Part shown: one piece after another, positions 1 to 8,610 of the stretch
Layout: every line of letters begins with the position of its first letter
Numbering within the stretch: position 1 is the stretch's first letter
From: an uncultured bacterium
GTDB lineage: Bacteria; Verrucomicrobiota; Kiritimatiellia; CAIKKV01; CAIYGI01
Reading direction: 5' to 3'
Length of the DNA stretch: 64,000 nt
Assembly (NCBI GenBank): GCA_903925685.1
Contig: CAIYGI010000112.1
Span: forward strand, 1,784-65,783
Position numbers and translations under genes: made by a program
Notes under the pieces: model-generated
The model's input: the letters and a program-made list of their open reading frames with translations, nothing else
The model's database searches: none
What the model was told of the DNA's origin: nothing

Positions 1-281
1 TTACATAGCGCGGACGAATCCGTCCGCCGCAGTGCCGGCAGCGCGCGCGCAAGGCCAGCCAGCTTACGATCGGCAGATTGTCGTGCCAGGCGATCGGGGC
101 CTGGCAGCGGGGACAGTGCGAACGCGGACGGACGATCGAGCGGTTGCGTGGAATCCGGTACACGCAAACGTTCAGAAAACTGCCGATGCAGGCGCCGAAC
201 GCAAAAACGATCGCGTCGAGGTAAATGCGCAGCGCCGTCGGCAATACGTCTGGAGTGGGCATGATTAATCTTCTTTCAGTT

Positions 282-953
282 TCAGACCCAGCCGGAGGCG
301 GGGGTGGCGTGCGGTGCGGGCAGGACAAGCACGGGATGGAAGATGTCGCGGCGGCCGGTGAAACGCAGCCGCGCCACGCCCGTTTCAAGAAATTCGAAAC
401 GCGCCAGAGGAAAAGGAGGCAAACCCAGCAAATGCGCCAGCAGCACGGCCAGCGAACCGCCATGGGCGAAGACCGCCACGCCCAGCTCGCGCGCGCCGGG
501 ATCGAGCATGAAGCCGCCCATGCGGGCATGTATTCCCAGCGCGGCCAGATCGTCCAGGAACGGCGGAATGACCCGTCCGTAAAATTCAAAACAGCCCTCG
601 CCCAGCTCCGTTTTCCAGGTCCTCTCGGCGTAGCGCTCGCGATCGCGGGCCATCAATTCCGCGACCTGCTCCGCGCTACCCGTCCGCATCGCCAGCGTAG
701 GTTCCCACTCCTGCAGATATTCGCGCGCCTGGATCGGCACCCCGCGGCCCGCCAGCGCCAGCTCGGCGGTTTGCAGCGCCCGCCCAAAAGGCGAACTGAA
801 AGCCACGTCCACACGCACGTCTCGCAGCGCCTCCGCCAAGGCGCGCGCCTGGGGCAGACCCGCATCCTCCGAGAGAAAGCCCTGCACGGGCTGCGCCGGA
901 CGCAGATAAGCATCTCCGGCCTTGCGGCCATGGCGGATCAAGAGCAATTCCAT
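282..953 (-). CDS. histidine phosphatase family protein (phosphoglycerate-mutase-like)
   Basis: Minus-strand ORF. The true start is probably the internal ATG giving [13 protein letters not shown], the RHG catalytic motif of the histidine phosphatase superfamily. It lies 20 nt downstream of the stop of the AceK-like gene, so an operon is likely. Confidence 0.6.
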   Translation of the reverse strand: MELLLIRHGRKAGDAYLRPAQPVQGFLSEDAGLPQARALAEALRDVRVDVAFSSPFGRALQTAELALAGRGVPIQAREYLQEWEPTLAMRTGSAEQVAELMARDRERYAERTWKTELGEGCFEFYGRVIPPFLDDLAALGIHARMGGFMLDPGARELGVAVFAHGGSLAVLLAHLLGLPPFPLARFEFLETGVARLRFTGRRDIFHPVLVLPAPHATPASGWV

Positions 954-972
954 CGCGTTCTCCAGCGTGAAC

Positions 973-2934
973 TCAACGCACCACCATCTGCCCGCGAATC
1001 CGCTCCACCAGCGCCGCGGCATCGGCATGATCGAGACGCTCCAATACCTTTTCCCAGCGGTACGAAAAACTCCCCTGTTCATCCCGCCGACGGTGCTTGA
1101 AAAGCGAATCGAAGGCCCGCCGGCGCTTGCGATATTCCGCCTGCGTTTTTTCCAGGCGCGCCCGCAAGGCCCCCAGATAGGCCTCGGCAAACGCCTTGGG
1201 ATCGGGCGTAAAGGCCGCGCGCCGGTTCATCGGCTGGGCATAGGCCGCCGCGGATTGCTCCAACGGCGCGCGGAAGTTGATGAAGGTCCCGGTCTGGTCG
1301 GCCACCACGATCGCCGCCGGCAGGTCGTTGCGATCGAGCACCACAATTTCGTCGCCGCGGTCGAAGAGCACGTTCTCGTCGGCATCCATCCGGCCCACAA
1401 TCAGATTCGAGGCCGCGGCCTCGCCCAGCAGCGCCGCCAGCGGCAACGCGAAGCGGGCGTCGCGAAAACGCGTCAGGGGAATCTTGTCGCTCGCAATGCC
1501 TTCAATGTAGTCGCGCTCGAAATAGGTCATCCAGAGCATCCGCCCCAGGCAATCCTGTCTCAAGCCATGGTAGCGTTCGGTGATCCGCTGCGTGATCAGG
1601 CGGGAAGGCAGGCTCATGCCGAGCTGACGGCAGCCCAGGCGCCGGTCGAGCACGTAGTCGGTGTATTCCTCCGTCTCCAGGATCGCCGCCAGCAGGTCCT
1701 TGTTCTCCTCCAGGTGCTCCTGGATGCCCCACTTTTGCATGCGCGCAATGCGCACGGTCGGTTTCTCGACGCCGCGCCGCTTGACTTCCGCCAGGTAGTT
1801 GTTGCGGCGCCCGGGCGCGTCGAGGCGCTGGGTAATCATGTTGGACACGCGTCCGATGTTGACGTGCTCGATGTCGCCAAATTCGCGTATGTAATTGAAT
1901 ATAAAGCCCTTGGTGCGCGTATCGCAGAGCGCCTGCAGTTCGCGGTCGCCGGGATTGCGATCCAGTTCGTCGAACACGGGATCGAACATCAGTTCGCCGT
2001 CCTCGATGCGGCCGCCGGGCAGCCACTCGATTTGCATGTAAAATTCGCGGCTCAGGCCATGCAGCAGCTCCTCGTCCACCGTCTCGTCGCCGCAGGTAAG
2101 CAAAATCGTCGCCATGCGGTTGCGCCACGCCAGGTTGTCCACCCCGTCCTCGCGCAACTCCGCGGGCACAGCCCGGTTAAACTTGTCCCTCAACTCCCGA
2201 TAGGCCGCCCGCAGCGCCGCTTCGTCGAGCGCCACCAGGTCCAACCCCGCCAGATCCGCGGCGCCAAAAGCCGGCGCGCCAAGGAAAAAATCCACTTCCG
2301 GGTGACCGATCCGGTTGCGCCGGGCCGCATACTCCTGAATCTCGCGTATCTGCGCCCGCAACCTTCCGTCCGGCAGCATATCGAGCGCCGAAAACTCGCC
2401 GCAGGTGAGCCAGCGCGTGCCCGCCAGTTTGTTGTAGTAGTAAACCGTCGCGCCGCCGATGCTGATCCGCGCGGCGTTGATCATGGCGTTCAGTTCAGCC
2501 GGCGACCGCGGCATGGCGCTCATGCGCCAGCACTCGCCCCGCGCCCGCAGCGCCTGGCGAACCACCTCGTTGCGCACATGCAGAAAACGTATGCGGGCCT
2601 TGGATACGATCTCCTGCAGCAGTTCGTCCGCCTGAAAAGCCAGCGCCATGGCGTCCGGATCGGGACGGATCAGGATCGTTCGAGCCTCCATGATCAAATC
2701 CACGGCATCGCGATGAATCTCCGCCTGTTCTTCCTCCGTGAGCGGCGGCTGACCAGCCTGCGCCCGTTCGGCATTGAGACTTTCGATATACCACATGCGC
2801 TGGAAAGCGTGGATGCCCGGCAGGGTAACCAGGGCCGGGCCGCGCAGAAAAAGGGTGGCAATGCGCGACTTGAGCAGCCCCTGCTCGTCCCGTTCCAAAG
2901 GTTGACTCCCGATGATCCGTAAAGTCATGGGCAT
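973..2934 (-). CDS. large conserved protein, isocitrate dehydrogenase kinase/phosphatase (AceK)-like
   Basis: 653-aa ORF. The C-terminal region (EAAASNLIVGRMDADENVLFDRGDEIVVLDRND) aligns from memory with the AceK kinase core ([29 protein letters not shown]). The assignment is tentative. The long antisense ORF 922..2922(+) is rejected. Confidence 0.45.
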   Translation of the reverse strand: MPMTLRIIGSQPLERDEQGLLKSRIATLFLRGPALVTLPGIHAFQRMWYIESLNAERAQAGQPPLTEEEQAEIHRDAVDLIMEARTILIRPDPDAMALAFQADELLQEIVSKARIRFLHVRNEVVRQALRARGECWRMSAMPRSPAELNAMINAARISIGGATVYYYNKLAGTRWLTCGEFSALDMLPDGRLRAQIREIQEYAARRNRIGHPEVDFFLGAPAFGAADLAGLDLVALDEAALRAAYRELRDKFNRAVPAELREDGVDNLAWRNRMATILLTCGDETVDEELLHGLSREFYMQIEWLPGGRIEDGELMFDPVFDELDRNPGDRELQALCDTRTKGFIFNYIREFGDIEHVNIGRVSNMITQRLDAPGRRNNYLAEVKRRGVEKPTVRIARMQKWGIQEHLEENKDLLAAILETEEYTDYVLDRRLGCRQLGMSLPSRLITQRITERYHGLRQDCLGRMLWMTYFERDYIEGIASDKIPLTRFRDARFALPLAALLGEAAASNLIVGRMDADENVLFDRGDEIVVLDRNDLPAAIVVADQTGTFINFRAPLEQSAAAYAQPMNRRAAFTPDPKAFAEAYLGALRARLEKTQAEYRKRRRAFDSLFKHRRRDEQGSFSYRWEKVLERLDHADAAALVERIRGQMVVR

Positions 2935-2967
2935 ATCATAACGTGTGCGGCCTGAATCGGGAAGCCG

Positions 2968-3612
2968 CTATTGCCTCGCGCCCAGCCGGGCTTCCGTCCC
3001 GGCCCACAGGCGGCGCAGGTTTGCGCGGTGGCGTATTACGATCAGGACGCCGATCGCCGACAACGCCACCGTCAGCGCTCCCGGACGCCAGCCCGTCCGC
3101 CACCATTGAAAGAGCGGCACGGCAAGCGCCGCCGTCACGGATCCAAGCGATACGATCCTGCTCAAGGCGAACACCACGGCCCACACCAGCGCCCCAACCG
3201 CAACCGCCGCCGGGGCCAGCCCCAGCAACGCGCCGACACTAGTCGCCACGCCCTTGCCGCCTTTGAAGCGCAGCCAGACCGGCCAATTGTGCCCCGCCAC
3301 CGCCAGTACCGTGAAAAGCACCGCCAACGCATCCGGATCCCACCCCGCGGGCGCACAGCACAGGCGCGGGAAGAACATGACTGGAACGAAGCCCTTGAGC
3401 GCGTCGAGCGCAAAGGTCAGCACGCCCCAGCCCTTGCCCACCGCGCGGAACACGTTGGTGGCGCCGACGTTGCCGCTGCCGACCGTACGGATGTCCACGC
3501 CCTTGATGCGCGCGATCAGGTAGGCGTTTGGAATGGAGCCCAGCAGATAGGCCGCCGCGGCCAGCAGAAACACCGGCAGGAATATGGGCGAGCAAACCGC
3601 CTGACAGGCCAT
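2968..3612 (-). CDS. plsY: glycerol-3-phosphate acyltransferase PlsY
   Basis: 214 aa with AYLLGSIP, GSGNVGATNV and HNWPVWLRFKGGKGVATS motifs. The full length is collinear with E. coli PlsY. Confidence 0.9.
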   Translation of the reverse strand: MACQAVCSPIFLPVFLLAAAAYLLGSIPNAYLIARIKGVDIRTVGSGNVGATNVFRAVGKGWGVLTFALDALKGFVPVMFFPRLCCAPAGWDPDALAVLFTVLAVAGHNWPVWLRFKGGKGVATSVGALLGLAPAAVAVGALVWAVVFALSRIVSLGSVTAALAVPLFQWWRTGWRPGALTVALSAIGVLIVIRHRANLRRLWAGTEARLGARQ

Positions 3613-3619
3613 CTTAGCC

Positions 3620-5455
3620 TCATTTCGCGTGGCGGAGATGCCATAGCATCTGAATGATCATGGCGGCCTGGTTGGCCGTCCAGTAGAGCACCAGGGCCGA
3701 AGGCATGCTGTAGAAAAAGACCAGCATGATCACCGGCATAAAAACCATCATGCGCTGCTGGGCGGGATCGCCGGTCGAGGGCGTGATCTTGGTCTGCCAG
3801 ACCGAAAGCGCCGTCATGATCAGCGGCAAAAAGTTAACGCCGCTCACGATCGGCAGCAGGCCCGGAAACAGATTTTCCGCCTCGCTCAGGTCGTGTATCC
3901 AGAGGAAGTGCGCATGTCGCAATTCCACGGCGCTGCGCAGCACGTTGTAGAGCGCGATAAAAACCGGGATTTGGATCAGGATCGGCAGGCAACCGCTCAT
4001 CGGGTTGACCTTGTTCTTTTTGTAAAGCTCCATCGTCGCCTGTTGAATCTTCTGCGGCTTGTCCCGGAACTTCTCCTTCAGCGCCTTGATCTCGGGCTGT
4101 AGCGCCTGCATGCGTTTCATGCTCTCGGTGCCCTTGTGCGTCAGCGGCCAGAAGATGCCGCGCACGAGCAGCGTCACCAGGATGATCGCCAGGCCGTAAC
4201 TCGGTATCAACGCCACCAGATGATTGAGCAGCCAGAGCAGCGCGATGCAGACCGGCTTGAACCAGCCGAACTCCATGATATCGTCCATGTGAACGCCCAT
4301 GTTCCGCATCGCGGAATAGTCCTTGGGCCCGACGTAGTACTGGCATTGACGTTGCGCCGTCTCGCCCGGCTTGAGCGTCAGCGCGGCGAAGCGCAGGGCC
4401 GCCGAAACGTCGCGCAGCAGCGCCACCTTCGCCCACGAGGCGGGATTTCCGGGCTGCTCGCCCGGCGCGGTCGTGCGCGTCGCGCGCAGGTCCACGCCAA
4501 CGCAGGGCTCGGGTGGCTTGACGATTTGCACGAAGAATTTGTTCTTAACGGCCACCCAGTCGAGATCCTGGTTGATGCGCTCGTTAATGGACAGCGGCAT
4601 CTGGCGCGTGGGAGCAGGTTTGCCCATCGAGCAACCGCCACCGCGCAACGCGGGTTCCTGAAAGAAATCTCCGAGCGCCGGAGTTCCGCCGAAAGTTCCG
4701 CCCGATCCCCAATGACGCGTCTTCTCCCCGCCCACGGAATTCAGGGAATCGATGCCCAGATGCGTAAAACCGCTGATTTCGGTCTCGCCCGCAATGCGTC
4801 CCATCGTCCCCACGCGCAAGCCTGTGGCCGGCAGCGTCACCGCCGTCGCGCCGCGATTTTCGAAGCTGTCGGTCACCTGCACCTGATAGCCCTGTTCCGG
4901 CACGACTATTTCGCGAACCAGTCGCACGCCGCCGGAGACCGCTTCCAGCGTCGCCTTGCGGCCGCCGGGCGCCACGACAATGCTGAAGGCGCTCTGCGCG
5001 TCAAAGCCAGGCAGTTTGTCGTAACTCATGGCCGGCCAGGCGCGGAAATTGAAACTCACCGGCGCGCTGTCACGCTGGTTGGCGGTCGGATAGCGGTCCA
5101 GTTCGGCCGAGCAGATGCCGCCGCCGTGCGAAGTCAACTCCACCCGCAACATTCCATTGGTCAGAACAACATGTGTTTCTTCCGGAAGCACGGACACGGC
5201 ATCCGCCACTGCGGCGTTCGTCGGGGCCGACAGCACAGGCGCTTCCGCCCGGGCCTCCAGCGTCGTCCCGGTCGCGGCGGCGGACGGCACATCCACGCCC
5301 GGCGGGACTGCGGCCGGGGCATTAGTCGCGGCAATCGCGGGACCAGGGACGATCGCCGGCGCCGGGAAAAACTTTTGGGAAATCGGCCCCCAAGCCAGCA
5401 GGGCGGCAAAAAGCAGGACCACGACGGAAATATCGAAAATTGACCAGCGTTTCAT
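3620..5455 (-). CDS. yidC: membrane protein insertase YidC
   Basis: 611 aa. The N-terminal TM segment, large periplasmic domain and C-terminal conserved core (KPVCIALLWLLNHL...LVRGIFWPLTHKG...LYWTANQAAMIIQ) are typical of YidC/Oxa1. Confidence 0.92.
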   Translation of the reverse strand: MKRWSIFDISVVVLLFAALLAWGPISQKFFPAPAIVPGPAIAATNAPAAVPPGVDVPSAAATGTTLEARAEAPVLSAPTNAAVADAVSVLPEETHVVLTNGMLRVELTSHGGGICSAELDRYPTANQRDSAPVSFNFRAWPAMSYDKLPGFDAQSAFSIVVAPGGRKATLEAVSGGVRLVREIVVPEQGYQVQVTDSFENRGATAVTLPATGLRVGTMGRIAGETEISGFTHLGIDSLNSVGGEKTRHWGSGGTFGGTPALGDFFQEPALRGGGCSMGKPAPTRQMPLSINERINQDLDWVAVKNKFFVQIVKPPEPCVGVDLRATRTTAPGEQPGNPASWAKVALLRDVSAALRFAALTLKPGETAQRQCQYYVGPKDYSAMRNMGVHMDDIMEFGWFKPVCIALLWLLNHLVALIPSYGLAIILVTLLVRGIFWPLTHKGTESMKRMQALQPEIKALKEKFRDKPQKIQQATMELYKKNKVNPMSGCLPILIQIPVFIALYNVLRSAVELRHAHFLWIHDLSEAENLFPGLLPIVSGVNFLPLIMTALSVWQTKITPSTGDPAQQRMMVFMPVIMLVFFYSMPSALVLYWTANQAAMIIQMLWHLRHAK

Positions 5456-5514
5456 GACATCGATTCCTTATGTTGCTGGAACTCGGGTTGCTTGTCCTTC
5501 AGTGCTATCAGCCT

Positions 5515-5757
5515 TCAGCCTATCGACCTGGCTTTACTTGCGCGCGGCGGAACGGGGTCCCAGCCGCCGGCATGAAACGGGTGACAGCGGACAATCCGCT
5601 TCAACCCCAGCCATACGCCCCGCGGCGCGCCGTGTGCGCGTATGGCCTCCATCGTATAATGCGAGCATGACGGTTCGAAGCGGCAGCAAGGCCCCAGCAA
5701 CGGCGCCAGCGAAAGCTGGTAGAGACGGATTAGCACCCGCAACAGTCCGGCAATCAC
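5515..5757 (-). CDS. yidD: membrane protein insertion efficiency factor YidD
   Basis: 80 aa (LIRLYQLSLAPLLGPCCRFEPSCSHYTMEAIRAHG), matching the YidD family. It overlaps the rnpA stop by 4 nt. Confidence 0.85.
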   Translation of the reverse strand: MIAGLLRVLIRLYQLSLAPLLGPCCRFEPSCSHYTMEAIRAHGAPRGVWLGLKRIVRCHPFHAGGWDPVPPRASKARSIG

Positions 5758-6158
5758 CGCTCGCCGCCTTCCCGCGCCACCAGCCCCGCGCGCCGCCCCA
5801 GGCGCCGCATTTCATCCACCACCTCGGGCCATGGCGCAAACAACAAATCACGCCGCGCCACGAGGATCAAATCGGCCGCGCCGCGAAAGTGTTCGCGGTT
5901 CAGGCGCCAGGCGGCGCGCAGCCGCCGCTTGGCGCGGGCGCGGGCCACGGCTCCGCCGACTTTACGGCTGGCCACCACGCCGAGGCGCAAGGCGGCGCCC
6001 GGGCCACTGCGGGGATAAAGCACCATCAAACGTCCGCGCGTCGCGCGGCCCTGCGCATAGGCATCTTGAAAAAGCGCGCCGGAGCTGATCCGCTGCGCGC
6101 GGCTCAAGCCCAAATCCGGCGTCCGTTCGCGTTTTGCCTTCTCCGCGCCGTCCGCCAC
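5754..6158 (-). CDS. rnpA: ribonuclease P protein component
   Basis: A basic protein immediately downstream of rpmH, in the conserved rpmH-rnpA-yidD-yidC order. The start may lie internal to the ORF. Confidence 0.75.
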   Translation of the reverse strand: MADGAEKAKRERTPDLGLSRAQRISSGALFQDAYAQGRATRGRLMVLYPRSGPGAALRLGVVASRKVGGAVARARAKRRLRAAWRLNREHFRGAADLILVARRDLLFAPWPEVVDEMRRLGRRAGLVAREGGER

Positions 6159-6181
6159 GGATCCAGTTGGGCTTGCGCCCT

Positions 6182-6316
6182 TTACACCGTCAGGCGTTCG
6201 CGTCCCTTCCGGCGTCGCGCGGACAGAACCCTGCGCCCGTTGTGCGTCGCCATACGCGCCATAAATCCATGTTTGCGCGCCCGTTTCTTGCGCGACGGCT
6301 GATACATCATCTTCAT
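6182..6316 (-). CDS. rpmH: 50S ribosomal protein L34
   Basis: Hand translation of the minus strand gives [44 protein letters not shown] (44 aa). This classic L34 is absent from the ORF track because it is under 60 aa. Confidence 0.9.
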   Translation of the reverse strand: MKMMYQPSRKKRARKHGFMARMATHNGRRVLSARRRKGRERLTV

Positions 6317-6490
6317 AGTGCTTCGCTCTCCTAAAGGCGTTGAATCATACCATCGCCAACCCGCCTGTCAAGGATCAAAACAGGATCAAAACACCATGCA
6401 GTTCTTCAGAAAACCAGAAAACCATCGGGCCTGAGACCGTGTACTTGGACTGGTAGTCCGGAACTGACGCAGAGCGGCGAACCGGAGCGA

Positions 6491-7108
6491 GTGGAGATTG
6501 CCGAGACCGTCGGTGGAGGCCGGGTGGTGCTGCCGATGTTCACGTCCATCGTCAAGGAGCACGTCTCAGGCTGGGAAGGCGAATTCATGCGCCTGCAGGC
6601 GTCCTTCGACAACCCGTGCCCGGCCAATCGAATGCGGGTACAGACCGGTCTTGGCAATGTGATTCGGTACGCGATCGATCAACGCACGGACATGTATCCA
6701 TCGGCTGTGGCCAAACTGCGATGGTTGATCGACGAGGATTGACATGCCCGTCGGGGGCTGGCGGAACTCAGCCGGCAATGCGGCTGCTCGGCCAGTCGGC
6801 TGCGCGTGCTTTTCGAACGGAAATACGGCCAGTCGCCGCAGGTCTACCGGAACAAGCGGCGGATACACATCGCCGCCGACCTGTTGCGTAACAGCGACCA
6901 GCGCATCAAGGAGATCAGCGAACTGATCGGTTGCCGCCATGTCTCGCGCTTTTGCGCCCTGTTCAAGAGCGCCTATGCCATATCCCGTGTGCTGGCAGTT
7001 CACGGGAGGACGGGACACGTCAGCGATGCCATTCAGATTACTGCGCACCAGAGCGGTATAACCGAGCGAGATGGAATCCCCGATGATAAGCACCTTGGGC
7101 AGACTTGA
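6491..7108 (+). pseudogene. AraC-family transcriptional regulator interrupted by an in-frame TGA
   Basis: ORFs 6491..6742 and 6806..7108 share a frame and are separated only by a TGA at 6740-6742. The downstream part (LSRQCGCSASRLRVLFERKYGQSPQVYRNKRRIHIAADLLRNSDQRIKEISELIGCRHVSRFCALFKSAYAI) is a clear AraC-type double HTH. Confidence 0.5.
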
Positions 7109-7234
7109 CGCCTTGCCGGGATTGATGGACGCGTTTGCATCATGCTCATGAAGCTCGCCCTCGACGACACGGGCGCCGGCTACGGCACCGACCAACCCCA
7201 GCAGCATGATCGACGACGCAATGCACTCTTTCAT
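6990..7234 (-). pseudogene. N-terminal remnant of a secreted SGNH/GDSL hydrolase (overlaps the AraC HTH on the opposite strand)
   Basis: The minus ORF 6566..7234 starts with a signal peptide and KVLIIGDSISLGYT (GDSL block I). Its C-terminal half has no SGNH blocks and is antisense to the AraC HTH. It is probably a decayed fragment or a chimeric ORF. Confidence 0.3.
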
Positions 7235-7273
7235 TCCTCCTAAAATTATGCGCCGCTCTCTCCTGGCGGCCTG

Positions 7274-8344
7274 TTAGCGCTGTTCCTGAAGATCGGCGGC
7301 GTCCAGGATGGCGCCGGCCTGGCGCAGGGCCGCCTGCAAGGCCGGCACGTCCACATCCTTGAACCCGCAGCCCGATCTGACTGCCTGACCGGCGGCCTGA
7401 CCGGCGGCCTGGCCCATGGCCATCACCGGCGCCATCAAGCGCAACGGGCCGAGCGCCTCCCACTCCACACTGACGGCCCGGCCCGGGCAGACCAAGTTCG
7501 TGATTGGATGCGGCACCATGATGCGGTATGGGATCGGCGTGTACGGCGGCTTTTCCACGTGCATGGCCCCACCCATGTCCCAGCCGTACGCGCTCAGTCC
7601 GACCGTATCGGGAAACTGACGGTTACCGACAACATCGGCGACGGTCAGCTTGTACTCGCCGACAATGCGCCGGGTTTCCCGCACCCCGAGCATCGGGGCA
7701 ACGGCCTTGACCCGCGCCTTGGAAAAGCCCGGAAAATGCTTCCGCAGCACCCGCAGTAGCGCCAGGTTGGCCGCATGTGCTTTGACGATGCCGGCGGTCA
7801 CGGACGCGCCGTCGGTTCCGGCAATTCCTTCGATGGTGCAGGTGTTGACCATGAACACATCCTTGCCGGTCATCTGCACGCTGACGACTATGTTGTATGG
7901 AAACGGCCATTCGCCGCTGGCTTCCAGCTTCTTGATAAGCTTTTTGAAGCGCGGCTCGTCCTGCGCCTCGATGTATGCGGCCATTAGGAATGGGTCGAAC
8001 GGAATCCCGGCGCCGAGCTGGCCCTGGAACCAACCGTGCGGCTGGTATTTCCGGCCGGGCTCCGGCACAGGCAGGAGCGCGATGCCCTCCCCGACGGCTT
8101 CCTCGGCAAGCTCGCGGAAGATCCCGCCCACGACCCAGCGGCGGCAGTCATTGGCGCGGCCGCCGAGCCAGTGCGAAACGATGCCGGAAGTGCCAGTTCC
8201 GCCCAACTGGGCCTGCGCCTCCACGACCAGCACTTCTAGCCCGGCGCGCTGCGCGGCAAGCGCGGCGGCTATGCCGGCGGGGCCACCGCCGCAGACCACC
8301 GCGTCATAACCCTTCAATATCGGAATGTCTTTGCTCCAATTCAT
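7274..8344 (-). CDS. FAD-dependent oxidoreductase
   Basis: 356 aa with an N-terminal Rossmann dinucleotide motif (YDAVVCGGGPAGIAAALAAQRAGLEVLVVE). This family is common in glycan-degradation loci. Confidence 0.75.
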   Translation of the reverse strand: MNWSKDIPILKGYDAVVCGGGPAGIAAALAAQRAGLEVLVVEAQAQLGGTGTSGIVSHWLGGRANDCRRWVVGGIFRELAEEAVGEGIALLPVPEPGRKYQPHGWFQGQLGAGIPFDPFLMAAYIEAQDEPRFKKLIKKLEASGEWPFPYNIVVSVQMTGKDVFMVNTCTIEGIAGTDGASVTAGIVKAHAANLALLRVLRKHFPGFSKARVKAVAPMLGVRETRRIVGEYKLTVADVVGNRQFPDTVGLSAYGWDMGGAMHVEKPPYTPIPYRIMVPHPITNLVCPGRAVSVEWEALGPLRLMAPVMAMGQAAGQAAGQAVRSGCGFKDVDVPALQAALRQAGAILDAADLQEQR

Positions 8345-8610
8345 GACCGAGTTTTACCCCTTTCGAAACGGCATCGCATCTGCTGCACCGCTTTTTTCAT
8401 GCGTGCCAGGCGCATCGCATAGGCCGTTATCTCCGAAGGGCCGGGCGCGATCTTATCTCCGCCCGGCGCCCGCACGGTCTGCCGTTGCCAGGTGCGGTCC
8501 CATCGCGGGTCAGTCGTCCGCTGGGCCGGTCGGGTCCACGGCCATCGAGCATGTCCCGGTCAAAGCTCCTTTGTGACGCTGAACCCCTTCGACTCCTTCA
8601 ATCAAGGACC

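Noticed and set aside
922-2922. 666-aa plus-strand ORF antisense to the AceK-like gene. Similar long antisense ORFs occur at 4136..5443, 8686..9840, 13452..14384, 21778..22845, 23852..25429, 38531..39430, 40268..41212, 42494..43924, 47353..48513, 52739..53971 and 60337..60921.
   Set aside because: Their translations are low-complexity and Arg/Ala/Gly/Pro-rich with no recognisable motifs. Each is antisense to a gene with strong family signatures. Long stop-free antisense frames are expected at this GC content.
6320-6420. oriC/DnaA-box cluster upstream of rpmH.
   Set aside because: No TTATCCACA-like boxes and no dnaA gene nearby. Only a short AGGATCAAAAC x2 tandem was seen. That is insufficient to call an origin.
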